From the IMG/VR virus record IMGVR_UViG_2875459517_000002: a DNA stretch of 64,000 bases; one strand, written 5' to 3'. Made by a program: the position numbers and the translations under genes. The notes below the pieces were generated by a model. The model saw only the letters and a program-made list of their open reading frames with translations. It was not told where the DNA came from and did no database searches. Source of the DNA: an uncultured virus (IMG/VR IMGVR_UViG_2875459517_000002). Its lineage: Duplodnaviria; Heunggongvirae; Uroviricota; Caudoviricetes. Of this stretch, positions 19,360 through 30,054 are shown piece after piece (positions within the stretch are counted from its first letter, which is position 1; the number at the start of each line of letters is the position of its first letter).

Positions 19360-20270
19360 TGAGCGAAATGAAAAAGTATACGGATATCGTGCGCCTTGGT
19401 CATCATACTACTGAGGGCGTTCTGACTGAGAATGATTACGTAGTTGTTTACGAAAAACTGGACGGAGCGAATGCATCGTTCACGCTCAATCCTGACACAT
19501 ATGAGATGGAAGCTTTTTCGCGTAATAGGAAGCTAGACAGCGAGAACAACTTACGGGGGTTCTATGAATATACGCAGAAAATCGACCCGGAGGACCTCAA
19601 CAGCGATTACATCTACTTCGGAGAATGGCTCGTTAAGCACAAGGTTGATTACGGTGTTAATAAGAATGAATTTTACCTCTTCGATATTTACGACAAGAAA
19701 GAGGGACTTTATCTCTCACATGTTGCCGTTGTTGCAGAGGCTTTCCGGCTTGGTCTTACTTTGGCCCCTATTCTTTACGCAGGTAAATATCGCGGCTTCG
19801 ATCATTTACAAAACTTTGTTGGGCGCAGTGCACTAGCGAATGAGTCGGCCGGGGGCGAGGGTGTTGTTGTGAAAAACGTAAGCTATCGCGATAATTTCGG
19901 CAAGCAACTTTTCGTAAAAGTCGTCAGTGATTCGTTCAGAGAGATGCAGCCACAGAAAGCTCCGCGTGATCCTGCGAAATTAAACGCCGAGCAAACATTT
20001 GTAAGAACGTTCGCAACGAAAGGACGTGTCGATAAACTCCTACGAAAGATGGTGGACGAAGGGGTTATCGAAGAGAAGTTCGATCTATCGGACATGGGCG
20101 TAATCCTCTCGCATTTAGGAGGCCGAGTACACGACGACCTTATTAAAGAAGAATCCGACAGTTTGCCGCAAGACTTCGAAGAAAAAGCTGTACGTAAGGC
20201 AATCGGAAAATATGTTCCGGTGCTTGTGCGCGAAATTATCGAGGAAGAAACGAAACGGGAGGCGGTTTAA
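19356..20270 (+). CDS. RNA ligase (Rnl2-like nucleotidyltransferase)
   Basis: EKLDGANAS, SRN, FGEW, FYLFDI, EGVVVK, VKVVS motifs. Confidence 0.8.
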   Translation: MMSEMKKYTDIVRLGHHTTEGVLTENDYVVVYEKLDGANASFTLNPDTYEMEAFSRNRKLDSENNLRGFYEYTQKIDPEDLNSDYIYFGEWLVKHKVDYGVNKNEFYLFDIYDKKEGLYLSHVAVVAEAFRLGLTLAPILYAGKYRGFDHLQNFVGRSALANESAGGEGVVVKNVSYRDNFGKQLFVKVVSDSFREMQPQKAPRDPAKLNAEQTFVRTFATKGRVDKLLRKMVDEGVIEEKFDLSDMGVILSHLGGRVHDDLIKEESDSLPQDFEEKAVRKAIGKYVPVLVREIIEEETKREAV

Positions 20271-21332
20271 TTGACGAACGCAAACGCACGATCAGCCGCA
20301 AACTCACTGCGCGCCCAATTAGCGCCGTCGCCGCCCGAACCAACCGGCTATGCACAGCAGATTGCGGATGAGCTCATCGAATATCTAAACGAATGGCACT
20401 CGCTGCCGGAAACGTGGGATAACGCATTGGACGCGCAGATCCACCGATGGTACGCAGAAGCTCCGAAAGTATTTCCGAAGAAACCGTATTTTTCGCCGTC
20501 CTCTGCGAATGCCTGCCCGCGTGAACTTTACCATAAGGCGTTGGGCGATTCGCGAGACATAACGCGAAAGCCTCCGTATCAGGGGCGCTGGACTCGCATC
20601 GGAACGGCAATAGGCGATGTGATTCAGCGCGATTTGCTCTTCATGGAAAAACATTTCGAAAAGAAAGTCGGCCGCCCCTGCCCGTTCCGCTTCGAACGCA
20701 ATCCGGACGGTACGCCGATGTTCGAGGACTTCGCCAAGCGGAACCATAAGATCGAGCGCGCCGGCAAGACGTTTCATCTCTTCGGAACGTGCGACGGTAT
20801 TATGCGCTATGTCACCGTAGATGGCGAAGTATTGCGCGTAGGCCTCGAAATCAAGTCGAAGCAAACGAGCGCGGCCCGTACGTCTTTCTATTCGCTGAAG
20901 AAGCCGGATGAAAAACACGTTAAGCAGTGTGTCGCTTATGCGGAGATGTATGGCGTCGACTTATACGTGATCCTCTACGTAAACGCATCGAAGAAAGCGT
21001 GGGAGTACGATGAGGGGGAATTCGAAAAGTCGCCGGACATCCGGGCGTTCGGCCTCGAAATCGGACGCGAAGACATCGATGTGCTACTCGATAGATTCGT
21101 AGAAATTCAGAATTCGATTGACGACGGCAAGCCAATGGCGGTCGACCTTAACGGCTGGACATTCAACGGATACAAAACGGCTATTGCGCAGTCACTTACG
21201 GCGGCCGAGCTGGAAGCCATCCGCGATAAGGTTTCGCGAGTCAAACGGTCGAACGTCTTTGATTCTACGAAAAGGCAGTACGCCGGGGCGCTTGAGTTTA
21301 TCGAAAAAGTACGCAAAGGGGAGGCGGTCTGA
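20271..21332 (+). CDS. PD-(D/E)XK exonuclease (Cas4/lambda-exo-like)
   Basis: FSPSSANACPR, GTCDGI, LEIKS, Q...Y motifs. Confidence 0.75.
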   Translation: MTNANARSAANSLRAQLAPSPPEPTGYAQQIADELIEYLNEWHSLPETWDNALDAQIHRWYAEAPKVFPKKPYFSPSSANACPRELYHKALGDSRDITRKPPYQGRWTRIGTAIGDVIQRDLLFMEKHFEKKVGRPCPFRFERNPDGTPMFEDFAKRNHKIERAGKTFHLFGTCDGIMRYVTVDGEVLRVGLEIKSKQTSAARTSFYSLKKPDEKHVKQCVAYAEMYGVDLYVILYVNASKKAWEYDEGEFEKSPDIRAFGLEIGREDIDVLLDRFVEIQNSIDDGKPMAVDLNGWTFNGYKTAIAQSLTAAELEAIRDKVSRVKRSNVFDSTKRQYAGALEFIEKVRKGEAV

Positions 21333-21485
21333 TGGCGCGGTTTATTCTTTACACGTTAATTGCGGTATTGCTTTCGATTATCATTAACGGTTCGATTTCG
21401 CTGATGAATCCGGAAGCTGGCGACACACTATCGTTTCCTATCTCTATTCTTCTAGGGCTCATCGCAGGGTGGAAGGCGGTATTAG

Positions 21486-22019
21486 ATGACTAGCGCCAAG
21501 CCTATCCGCATTCTCGCGTTAGACATATCGACTAATCCCGGCTTCGCGGTCCTCGAAGTCAAACGGCTGAAGTCAGGTCCGCGCGTGAATCTCGTACACG
21601 TAACGTCTGTCAGCACGACGAGCCAGTCGCCGGATAGTCACCGTTATTCCTATATCGAGGCCGCAGCGACAATGGTTCTGCACGAACACGGACCATTCGA
21701 CGTTGTCGTCCGCGAACATTACACGAAAGGGCGTAATAAGCGATCGACACAAACGGTGTTTGGTGCGTGGGCTGTCATCGACTTGGCGCTCGGTAAATAC
21801 GGCTATAAGGCGGATGTCGAGATCACGCCGACAACAGTTAAGAAGGACGTAACCGGAAAAGGCAGCGCATCAAAAGACGAAGTTGAGGCGGGAGTACGGC
21901 GGATACTTTCGCTTCCAGCCGACTTTACGTTTCGGACAGATGACGAATCGGATGCGGTTGCGATTGGGCTTTCGTATCTTGTCCGCGAGAAGATTATAAA
22001 ACCGGGGGAGGCGGAATGA
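21486..22019 (+). CDS. RuvC-like Holliday junction resolvase
   Basis: ILALDIS, VVREH, PTTVKK.VTGKGSASK, DDESDAVAI. Confidence 0.9.
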   Translation: MTSAKPIRILALDISTNPGFAVLEVKRLKSGPRVNLVHVTSVSTTSQSPDSHRYSYIEAAATMVLHEHGPFDVVVREHYTKGRNKRSTQTVFGAWAVIDLALGKYGYKADVEITPTTVKKDVTGKGSASKDEVEAGVRRILSLPADFTFRTDDESDAVAIGLSYLVREKIIKPGEAE

Positions 22020-22384
22020 TGGAGCGCTTAATTAAATGGGGAACGATCGCAGGGATTGCGCTGGCTGTGTTTGCTTTCGTGGTAGCGGCGCCGGCATATA
22101 CAATTGCGTCTTACCATAACGCAAACACTTACGTAATAAAGGTAACGGATAAAGAAACGAAAACCTCCAAAGATTCCTCGAAGTATCTGATTTTCGGAGA
22201 TGACGAGAAAGGTAACGCAAAAGTGTTCGAAAATACCGATGCAATATTTGCGCGGAAGTTTAATTCCAGCGACCTGTACGCGGAGATTGAAGTCGGTAAA
22301 ACATACGAATTCAAGACGGTCGGCTTCCGTATTCCATTCATGTCGAGCTACGAAAACATAATGACGGTAAAGGAGGCGGAATGA
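22016..22384 (+). CDS. Membrane-anchored phage protein (DUF1523-like)
   Basis: N-terminal TM; FENTD...KFNSSD...GFRIPFMSSYENI. Confidence 0.65.
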   Translation: MMERLIKWGTIAGIALAVFAFVVAAPAYTIASYHNANTYVIKVTDKETKTSKDSSKYLIFGDDEKGNAKVFENTDAIFARKFNSSDLYAEIEVGKTYEFKTVGFRIPFMSSYENIMTVKEAE

Positions 22385-23032
22385 TGCGAATGGAGGATAC
22401 TCCGGATATGACTGTTGCGCAAGAGGTATTCGACGCTCTTATTAATTCGTCAGTTGCTTTAACTAAACAAATTCAAGCGAAACAGGGCAGAGAAAATGAA
22501 ATTATAACACAAGAAGAGGCCGATTTTGTCAATGCATTTCTTGTATACGCTAAGGTATTAGCAGACACTTTACATGAACGGTACAAAGACGAATTAGGAG
22601 AGTGATGCGAATGTTTAAGCGGAGATTATTCGAAACACTTTCGTGGATATGTTCAGGTGCGGCGTATTTGGTGTTCGTTAGCTTAATGATTTGGTCCGCG
22701 GAGTTTCCCGTAGCAAAAGCGATCCTTACAGTAGCGGCCGTATTCGGCCTGCTTCTCGTCGGGCTTTACGGAATCGTCCGTTTTATCTTATGGCTGATCG
22801 TCGAACCCTACCGCGCATATAAACGCGAGAAGGCGAGGTCGGCCGAATGATTTACGGAGCGACCGACGAAGGTTTGCGGAACATGAGACGCTGGCTTAAC
22901 GAAAAACTGATCGAAAGCGAAACCGCCATCAGCTTCCACGACCGGAAACTGATCGAAGAGCGTATCGAGCGCGAACGGACACAGGCGCGGCTGGACGAAG
23001 TAGTGGCGGAAATTGAGAGACGGAAGGGGTGA
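22381..23032 (+). CDS. Three short coupled hypothetical genes (22381-22605, 22602-22850 membrane, 22847-23032)
   Basis: ATGA/GTGA overlaps and RBSs. Confidence 0.5.
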
Positions 23033-23036
23033 TCGT

Positions 23037-23393
23037 ATGCTGATCGCTTACTATTCGCTGACCGGCAACGTCCGCCGATTCGTCGCTAAAACCGGCCTAG
23101 CAGCCGTCGAAATTAAGCCGGGGCTGATGATCGCCGAGCCGTTCGTTTGCGTGACCGGTACGTATGGCTTCGGTCAGGTCGCCGGCACGGTTTCAGATTT
23201 CCTTGCGGATAACAGCGACTATCTTGCGGGCGTGGCTGCGTCGGGGAACCGTAACTGGGGCGATAACTTCGCAAAGGCTGCCGATGTGATAGCGGCACAA
23301 TACGGCGTGCCGATATTCGGGCGCTTTGAATTGGCGGGAACGGACGAAGATGTACGACAATTTATCGAAAGGGTGAACGCGCTTGACGAATAA
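23037..23393 (+). CDS. nrdI: Class Ib RNR flavodoxin NrdI
   Basis: YSLTGNVRRF, TYGFG, ASGNRNWG, FELAGT. Confidence 0.95.
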   Translation: MLIAYYSLTGNVRRFVAKTGLAAVEIKPGLMIAEPFVCVTGTYGFGQVAGTVSDFLADNSDYLAGVAASGNRNWGDNFAKAADVIAAQYGVPIFGRFELAGTDEDVRQFIERVNALDE

Positions 23394-24102
23394 ACACGCA
23401 AGTTATATCGAACTTAATAACGAAATCATGATACAGAAGGACGGCCGGTTCCAATTCGAAAAGGATCTCGAAGCCGTCCGCGCTTATTTTATCGACTACG
23501 TAAATCAAAACACCGTATTTTTCCACGACCTTCGCGAAAAGCTCGACTATCTGCGCGAGAACGATTACTACGAAACCGAATTCCTTGACGCCTATACGTT
23601 CGACGAAATCAAGGCGGTCTATCAGGCGGCCTATGCGCACAAGTTCCGATTCCCTTCGTTCATGAGCGCGTTCAAATTCTATAACGACTATGCGCTGAAG
23701 ACGAACGACGGCAAAAAGATTCTCGAACGCTACGAAGATCGCGCTTCTATTGTCGCATTGTTCTTTGCGGGAGGAGACGCAGCCAAGGCGATCGAGTACG
23801 TAGATTTGATGATGCGACAAGAATACCAACCGTCAACGCCGACGTTCTTGAATGCGGGCCGGAAGCGTCGGGGCGAGCTCGTTTCCTGCTTCCTGCTCGA
23901 GGTTAACGATTCCCTTAACGATATTAGTCGCGCAATTGATATTTCGATGCAGCTTTCGAAGCTCGGCGGCGGCGTGTCGCTTAATTTATCGAAGCTGCGG
24001 GCGAAAGGCGAGGCGATCAAAGACGTAGAGAACGCGACGAAGGGCGTAGTCGGCGTAATGAAGTTGCTGGACCATGCGTTCAGATATGCGGATCAGATGG
24101 GT
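23383..24102 (+). CDS. nrdE: Class Ib RNR alpha subunit, exon 1
   Basis: TPTFLNAG, VSCFLL, GGGVSL; ends YADQMG at the intron 5' splice site. Confidence 0.95.
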
Positions 24103-25042
24103 TAAATTGGCCCCTTTCGTCAGTAATGGCGATCGAAAACCTCTTTAATTCATGGGAACTCCTCGAAGCGGTAGGGCCACAAACTACTAAAGGAGGACAA
24201 TCATGAGCGAAGCAAGACGGAAACCTCACAACAAATTGGAGATAGATGAAGATTTTATTCGCGAAAATTACCACAAGATGAGTGCTAGAGAAATCGGTGA
24301 GATATTAGGAGTATCTAGGGAAGCGATTAATCATCGAGTTATACGTATGGGGCTTAGGAAGACAAAGATACCTTTCGAATTACAAAATGGTGAAGAACTA
24401 AAACCAATAAACGGGATACCTGAATACGGAATTACCAGCCTAAGCCGCGTGGTTAACTTGAGAACAATGACCGAAGTAAAACCTAAGATTGACGGATCAG
24501 GCTATTTAAAGGTAGTCCTCTTTCGAAACAAGGTTCGATTCGAGAGGAAGGTACATCGATTGGTTGCGCTGCATTTTATTCCTAATCCTAAGAACTTACC
24601 GATGGTTAATCATATTGACGGAAACAAAGCAAACGCCGATATCAAAAACCTAGAATGGGTAACTCCGAAAGAGAATGCGCAACATGCATCAAGAACGGGT
24701 CTTTTGCGGAAAGGAGCGCGTCATCCAGCATCAAAAATCACTGAGGAACAAGCGCGGGAAATACTTTCGGATTATCGCAGCGGCCTCTCACTCAACGAGG
24801 TTCGGATTAAGCACTCATACGCGAGTAAGTCTATCGTAGATAAAATCTGTTGTAGGCAACGGTGGAATCATCTGGACCAAACGTCTTGAACGTGCAACGA
24901 CTAGCCGAAAGGCGTAGGCCGCAAGCGATAGGCGGTCGAAACGGGAGGCGCCCCAAGCGGGCGAAGATATAGTCTAATCTTCGTGGTAACACGGAGCAGC
25001 CGGAAGGCGGGGCGTGCCTAGCGAACACGTCCGAATGGTCTG
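24103..25042 (+). mobile_element. Group I self-splicing intron in nrdE
   Basis: Exon ends in U with P1 gggt/gccc; intron ends in G; core-like gactag and aagatatagtc; removal restores YADQMG-QRQGSGA and a 699-aa NrdE. Confidence 0.93.
24203..24889 (+). CDS. Intron-encoded HNH homing endonuclease
   Basis: VHRLVA..FIPNP.NLP.VNHIDGNKAN....NLEWVT..EN..H; HTH-like segments on both sides; RBS aaggagg. Confidence 0.92.
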   Translation: MSEARRKPHNKLEIDEDFIRENYHKMSAREIGEILGVSREAINHRVIRMGLRKTKIPFELQNGEELKPINGIPEYGITSLSRVVNLRTMTEVKPKIDGSGYLKVVLFRNKVRFERKVHRLVALHFIPNPKNLPMVNHIDGNKANADIKNLEWVTPKENAQHASRTGLLRKGARHPASKITEEQAREILSDYRSGLSLNEVRIKHSYASKSIVDKICCRQRWNHLDQTS

Positions 25043-26422
25043 CAAAGACAAGGATCGGGCGCGGCTTATCTCAACGTATTCCATGCGGACATTAACGATT
25101 TCCTTGATACGAAGAAAATCTCGGCAGATGAAGACGTCCGTGTCAAAACGTTGTCCATCGGCGTTGTTATCCCGGATAAATTCATCGAACTGGCGCGAGA
25201 GAATCGGCCGGCTTACGTTTTCTATCCGCACACCGTTTACAAAGCGTATGGCCAACACTTAGACGAAATGGATATCGGAGAGATGTACGATCAGCTCCTC
25301 GATAATCCGGCCGTCCGTAAAGACAAAATCGATGCGCGCAAGCTTCTCGAAAAGCTCGCCGTGTTGCGTTCTGAATCGGGCTATCCGTACATCATGTTCG
25401 AAGGTAACGTAAACGCAGAGCACGCGAACGGTCACGTATCGAAGGTTAAATTTTCGAATCTGTGCTCGGAGGTGCTTCAGGCGTCACAAGTATCGGAGTA
25501 CACCGACTACGGCGAACCGGACGAAATCGGCCTCGATATTTCGTGCAACCTCGGATCGCTCAACGTTGCAAACGTTATGAAAAACGGTGACTTCGAAACG
25601 ATCGTTAAGCTGTCTGTCGATGCCCTCACGCGAGTCTCGGAAACATCGAATATCAAGAACGCGCCGGCTGTTGCGCGAGCTAACCGGGAGATGCGTTCGA
25701 TCGGGCTCGGAGCGATGAACTTGCACGGCTATTTAGCGCAGAATGGTATCGCTTATGAATCGGAGGAAGCGCGCGATTTCGCTAACGTATTCTTCGCGCT
25801 CGTGAATTATTGGTCGCTTGTGCGTTCGAATGAATTAGCGAAAGAAACCGGCAGCACGTACGAAGGATTCGAGGGGTCGACGTATGCGGACGGTAGCTAT
25901 TTCGATAAGTACGTCGTAGAAGATTTCCGTCCTAAAACGGAGAAGGTCGCGAAGCTGTTTGAAGGCGTTGAAATTCCAAAGCGCATCGATTGGGTTCGCT
26001 TGGAGGCTAACGTTATGCTCCACGGACTCTATCATTCGTACAGACTTGCGATCGCGCCAACGGGGTCTATTTCGTATGTGCAGTCGGCAACGGCGTCGGT
26101 CATGCCGATTATGGAGCGCATCGAGGAGCGTACGTACGGCAATTCGAAGACGTATTATCCAATGCCGGGATTATCGCCGCAGAATTGGTTCTTCTACAAG
26201 GAAGCGTACGACATGGATATGTTCAAAGTCGTCGATATGATCGCAACGATTCAGCAGCACGTCGATCAAGGTATTTCATTTACGCTGTTCTTGAAAGATA
26301 CGATGACGACGCGCGATCTGAACCGGATTGACTTATACGCTCATCATAAGGGAATCAAGACGCTTTATTATGCACGGACTAAAGATACGACACAGGAGGG
26401 GTGTTTGTCATGCGCGGTTTAA
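25043..26422 (+). CDS. nrdE: Class Ib RNR alpha subunit, exon 2
   Basis: In frame with track ORF 25151; SNLCSE, CNLGS, APTGSIS, TLYYAR, C-terminal CLSC. Confidence 0.95.
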   Translation, partial: QRQGSGAAYLNVFHADINDFLDTKKISADEDVRVKTLSIGVVIPDKFIELARENRPAYVFYPHTVYKAYGQHLDEMDIGEMYDQLLDNPAVRKDKIDARKLLEKLAVLRSESGYPYIMFEGNVNAEHANGHVSKVKFSNLCSEVLQASQVSEYTDYGEPDEIGLDISCNLGSLNVANVMKNGDFETIVKLSVDALTRVSETSNIKNAPAVARANREMRSIGLGAMNLHGYLAQNGIAYESEEARDFANVFFALVNYWSLVRSNELAKETGSTYEGFEGSTYADGSYFDKYVVEDFRPKTEKVAKLFEGVEIPKRIDWVRLEANVMLHGLYHSYRLAIAPTGSISYVQSATASVMPIMERIEERTYGNSKTYYPMPGLSPQNWFFYKEAYDMDMFKVVDMIATIQQHVDQGISFTLFLKDTMTTRDLNRIDLYAHHKGIKTLYYARTKDTTQEGCLSCAV

Positions 26423-26657
26423 GTGAGGAGAGACAGAAGAGTATACGACGTGGAGACATAATTATCTACTACTTCGGGGGTACATTAATTAGTGCGAAAG
26501 TTATTCAAGCGTATGAAGGTGGGTACCTCGAAGTTCGCCATAAAGACTCCCCGATACTGAATTGCTTATTAGGATACCGGGACGAGATCAAGACATCGGA
26601 AGTGTTGGGTGTAGTTAAGCATAAAGGCAAACGGGGCGGGGAAAGGAGGACGAATAA

Positions 26658-27641
26658 TTGACGAACGCAAACGAAATCCATACGGCGGCCAATTGGTCGC
26701 GGCACGAAGACGACTTTACGCAAATGTTCTACGCGCAGAACGTTAAGCAATTCTGGCTTCCGGAAGAGATTTCGCTTAATGGCGATCTCCTTTCGTGGAA
26801 GGCGTTGGGCCCTGCCGAGCAGATGACATACATGCGAGGCCTTGCGGGTCTGACGTTATTAGACACGGAGCAGGGAAATACCGGAATGCCTACCATCGCG
26901 CAACATATCGACGGCCACCAACGTAAAGCCGTCCTGAATTTTATGGCGATGATGGAGAACGCAGTCCATGCGAAGTCCTATTCGAATATATTCATGACGC
27001 TGGCGCCGACGGAGACGATCAACGAAGTATTCGAATGGGTTAAGACCAATCCGTATTTGCAGCGGAAGGCGGCGCTGATAACCGGCCTATATCGCGACAT
27101 AAAAGAAGGCGATACCCTTTCGCTGTATAAGGCGCTTGTGGCTTCGGTTTACCTCGAAAGCTTCCTGTTTTATTCCGGATTTTATTATCCGTTATATTTC
27201 GCTGGCCAAGGCAAGCTAACGAGCAGCGGCGAGATTATTAACCTTATCATTCGCGATGAGGCGATCCACGGCGTGTACGTCGGCTTATTGGCGCAAGAGG
27301 TCTACGGAAAGCAAGAGCCGGACGTCCAGCTTGAGATGCGCGACTTTGCCGTCGAACTGCTGACGGAACTGTACGATAATGAGGTCGCATATACCGAGGA
27401 TCTATACGATGCGGTCGGCTTAACGCACGATGTAAAACGATTCCTTCGTTACAACGCGAATAAGGCGCTGCAAAACCTCGGCTTCGATCCGTATTTCGAA
27501 GAGGAAAGGCCGAATCCTATCGTCATGAACGGCCTGAATACGAAGACGAAATCGCACGACTTCTTCTCGCAAAAAGGCAACGGCTATAAGAAGGCGACGG
27601 TCGAATCGCTAAAGGATTCGGATTTTTATTTCGAGGGATAA
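26658..27641 (+). CDS. nrdF: Class Ib RNR beta subunit
   Basis: [42 protein letters not shown]. Confidence 0.96.
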   Translation: MTNANEIHTAANWSRHEDDFTQMFYAQNVKQFWLPEEISLNGDLLSWKALGPAEQMTYMRGLAGLTLLDTEQGNTGMPTIAQHIDGHQRKAVLNFMAMMENAVHAKSYSNIFMTLAPTETINEVFEWVKTNPYLQRKAALITGLYRDIKEGDTLSLYKALVASVYLESFLFYSGFYYPLYFAGQGKLTSSGEIINLIIRDEAIHGVYVGLLAQEVYGKQEPDVQLEMRDFAVELLTELYDNEVAYTEDLYDAVGLTHDVKRFLRYNANKALQNLGFDPYFEEERPNPIVMNGLNTKTKSHDFFSQKGNGYKKATVESLKDSDFYFEG

Positions 27642-27720
27642 TTGCGCGGTTTTTCTACTAGGTGCATATTATTTCACGTAGGATGTCGCAAAAGTACGCA
27701 TGCCGTGGAGGTCATCGCCT

Positions 27721-27867
27721 GTGAAACGATTTATCAGCGCCGCGGCAACGATCATCGCCGGATTCCTTTTCGTTCTTCCGTACATCCATACGATAGGATT
27801 CCGGTGGTTTTCGATAGTGGCCGTGTTCGCCTTGATTGCGATATTAACGAAGGAGGAAACGAAATGA
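27721..27867 (+). CDS. Small two-helix membrane peptide (MKRFISAAATIIAGFLFVLPY...)
   Basis: Hand-translated; GTG after ggagg; stop overlaps the dUTPase start. Confidence 0.5.
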   Translation: MKRFISAAATIIAGFLFVLPYIHTIGFRWFSIVAVFALIAILTKEETK

Positions 27868-28385
27868 ACGTAAATATTAAACGGTTATCACCGGACGCAC
27901 AGATTCCGGCTTATGCGCACGCAACGGACGCCGGCTTCGATTTAGTGGCGTCAGAGGACGTTATTATCGAACCGGGCTGGGCAGAGCTTGTGCCGACGGG
28001 TTTGGCGTTCGAGATTCCGAAGGGATACGAAATGCAAATCCGTCCGCGATCAGGCATTACGCTGAATACTAGACTGCGTGTGCAACTCGGAACAGTTGAT
28101 TCGGGCTATCGAGGAGAGGTCGGAGTAATCGTCGACAATATAAATCGTTATACAGATATTGAAAAGGACTTTTTTTTCGATATCAGAGATAAAATCGTCA
28201 GTGCTCTCGATTACCTCGGAGCTTGGGATCATTTTGCGAAAGGTTCGTACATCATCCGAAAAGGCGATCGCATCGCGCAAGCCGTTATCAAGCCGGTCGA
28301 GCAGGTGGCATTTACGGAAGTCATTACACTCGGCGATAGCGATCGAGGTGCGTGTGGTTTCGGGAGTAGCGGGGTGTCGTCGTAA
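27864..28385 (+). CDS. dut: Trimeric dUTPase
   Basis: AGFDL, RPRSG, GTVDSGYRGE, GDRIAQ, RG..GFGSSG; insertion between motifs III and IV. Confidence 0.95.
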   Translation: MNVNIKRLSPDAQIPAYAHATDAGFDLVASEDVIIEPGWAELVPTGLAFEIPKGYEMQIRPRSGITLNTRLRVQLGTVDSGYRGEVGVIVDNINRYTDIEKDFFFDIRDKIVSALDYLGAWDHFAKGSYIIRKGDRIAQAVIKPVEQVAFTEVITLGDSDRGACGFGSSGVSS

Positions 28386-28696
28386 TGGCGCCACTTCCCC
28401 GCAAAAGTAGTAAAACGCGATGGGCTATGCAGTTTCCCTTCCGAATACTTGACGAAAGAGCGCCGAAATTCATCGCGCTACACATGTCCGTATATCACAA
28501 GCCGTTTAAAACTACGTTGCGCTGGATTGCGAAAAATAGGCGTGGGCTATTCGTTAATCTGAACGCGATTTCAGACGAACAGTACGCGGAGCTTGAGCGC
28601 GAAGTGAGTATGCATTCGCTTGCAATTTCGGACGCGAGTCGGAATGCGCTTAAACGAGACTACAGACGATTGTTACAACGATTGGAGGACGAATAG
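28385..28696 (+). CDS. Hypothetical protein
   Basis: Fills the gap between dut and thyX with coupled boundaries. Confidence 0.5.
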   Translation: MAPLPRKSSKTRWAMQFPFRILDERAPKFIALHMSVYHKPFKTTLRWIAKNRRGLFVNLNAISDEQYAELEREVSMHSLAISDASRNALKRDYRRLLQRLEDE

Positions 28697-29482
28697 ATGG
28701 CGGAAACCAAAATGAACGTACAGCTTATCGCACATACGCAAGTCTCTCGTAGCTTCTTAGATACGTTTGTTCCGTGCGGTGATGAAACGGACGGCCAAGC
28801 GGTCGCCCTAACCGCAATCCGAACGTGTTATAGCGCCAACAAACCGACCGAAATCGTCGCAATGGAAGGCGCCAAGTATTTCGGCTCCAAAGCGTCAGAC
28901 GGCGGCGCAGGCACGGACGCCGACCGGCTTTTCCGGCACATCTTCGCATCCAAACATACGTCGACGTTGGAGCATATCTCGTTTACCTTTGCGATTGAGG
29001 GCGTCAGCCGGGCGTTACTGGCGCAACTTACGCGGCATCGCGTCGGATTTAGCTTCAGCGTCCAGTCACAGCGTTATGTGCGGATGGGGAGCGATGATAG
29101 ATCCGGAGGGTTCGATTACGTGATCCCGGAAAAAGTTACGAGCGATAAAACGGCGGACATGTACGATTTTGTATACGGAGTGCCACTCAGCGACCGTCCT
29201 GCTACAGAAATATTCGCGGAAGCTATGGAGATAGCGCAACAAGCCTACGATAAATTACGAGAAGCAGGGGTGCCCGCAGAAGATGCGAGAGCCGTCCTTC
29301 CGAACGCAGCCGCAACGAATCTCGTTATGACTGCGAACCTGACCGCGTTGCTTTCGTTCTATTCTAAGCGTCGTTCTGGAAAGGGCGCACAAAAGGAGAT
29401 TTCAGATCTGGCGGAAATGTTGAGAAGGGAAGTGGAATCTGTAGAACCTTGGACTTCACAGTTCTTTGAGGCGGCAGGATGA
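28697..29482 (+). CDS. thyX: FAD-dependent thymidylate synthase
   Basis: H.S.LEH, QLTRHRVGFSFSVQSQRY, EDARAVLP, AQKEI. Confidence 0.95.
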   Translation: MAETKMNVQLIAHTQVSRSFLDTFVPCGDETDGQAVALTAIRTCYSANKPTEIVAMEGAKYFGSKASDGGAGTDADRLFRHIFASKHTSTLEHISFTFAIEGVSRALLAQLTRHRVGFSFSVQSQRYVRMGSDDRSGGFDYVIPEKVTSDKTADMYDFVYGVPLSDRPATEIFAEAMEIAQQAYDKLREAGVPAEDARAVLPNAAATNLVMTANLTALLSFYSKRRSGKGAQKEISDLAEMLRREVESVEPWTSQFFEAAG

Positions 29483-30036
29483 AAACGTGTAAATTAGTGG
29501 GTTGTTTTAAGTCCTCTTATTGTAAAGACTTATGCAAAGCTCATTACAATAAGCTACGGGAATATGGAGACGTTAGGCATAACGGAAGACTATCCAGACG
29601 GAAACCTATTAGGTTTCGTGTTTCAGCAGATGGTTGCTTTGAATGTACTTCCCATTTATTAAATTCAAGTGGCTATCCCGAATATCACTTCAACGGGAAA
29701 AAGACTACAGTCTATAAGTACATTTATGAAGAATGCTTCGGTCATGTCGAGGACGGGAAAATCGTTAGACACAAGTGTGATAATCGTCTATGCATAAACC
29801 CAGAACACCTCTTAGTAGGGACTCACATAGATAATATGCGCGATATGACATCAAGAAACAGGCAATGCAAAGGGGTAGATTCTCCTTTTGCTAAATTAAA
29901 CGAAAAGGATGTCAAGAAAATTAGGGAATTGTTCGACGAAGGCCTTAGCAATACTAAAATAGCGGATCTGTTTAACGTGTCAAGAACTACTATTTACTAT
30001 ATAAGAAAAGGAAAGACGTGGAGGCATGTTTCTTAA
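29479..30036 (+). CDS. Free-standing HNH endonuclease with C-terminal HTH
   Basis: VRHKCDNRLCINPEHL..GT..DN..D; N-terminal Cys/His finger. Confidence 0.9.
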   Translation: MKTCKLVGCFKSSYCKDLCKAHYNKLREYGDVRHNGRLSRRKPIRFRVSADGCFECTSHLLNSSGYPEYHFNGKKTTVYKYIYEECFGHVEDGKIVRHKCDNRLCINPEHLLVGTHIDNMRDMTSRNRQCKGVDSPFAKLNEKDVKKIRELFDEGLSNTKIADLFNVSRTTIYYIRKGKTWRHVS

Positions 30037-30054
30037 CAAGAAAGGACTGATTTT

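Noticed and set aside
20271..21332. Cas4-like nuclease as evidence of CRISPR-Cas
   Set aside because: It is a stand-alone phage exonuclease in the replication/recombination operon
25014..25262. Track ORF spanning the intron 3' end, and the 25151 start for nrdE part 2
   Set aside because: Artefacts of the intron; exon 2 begins at 25043
27642..27863. N-terminal extension of dUTPase
   Set aside because: The RBS supports ATG 27864, and another frame holds a small membrane ORF
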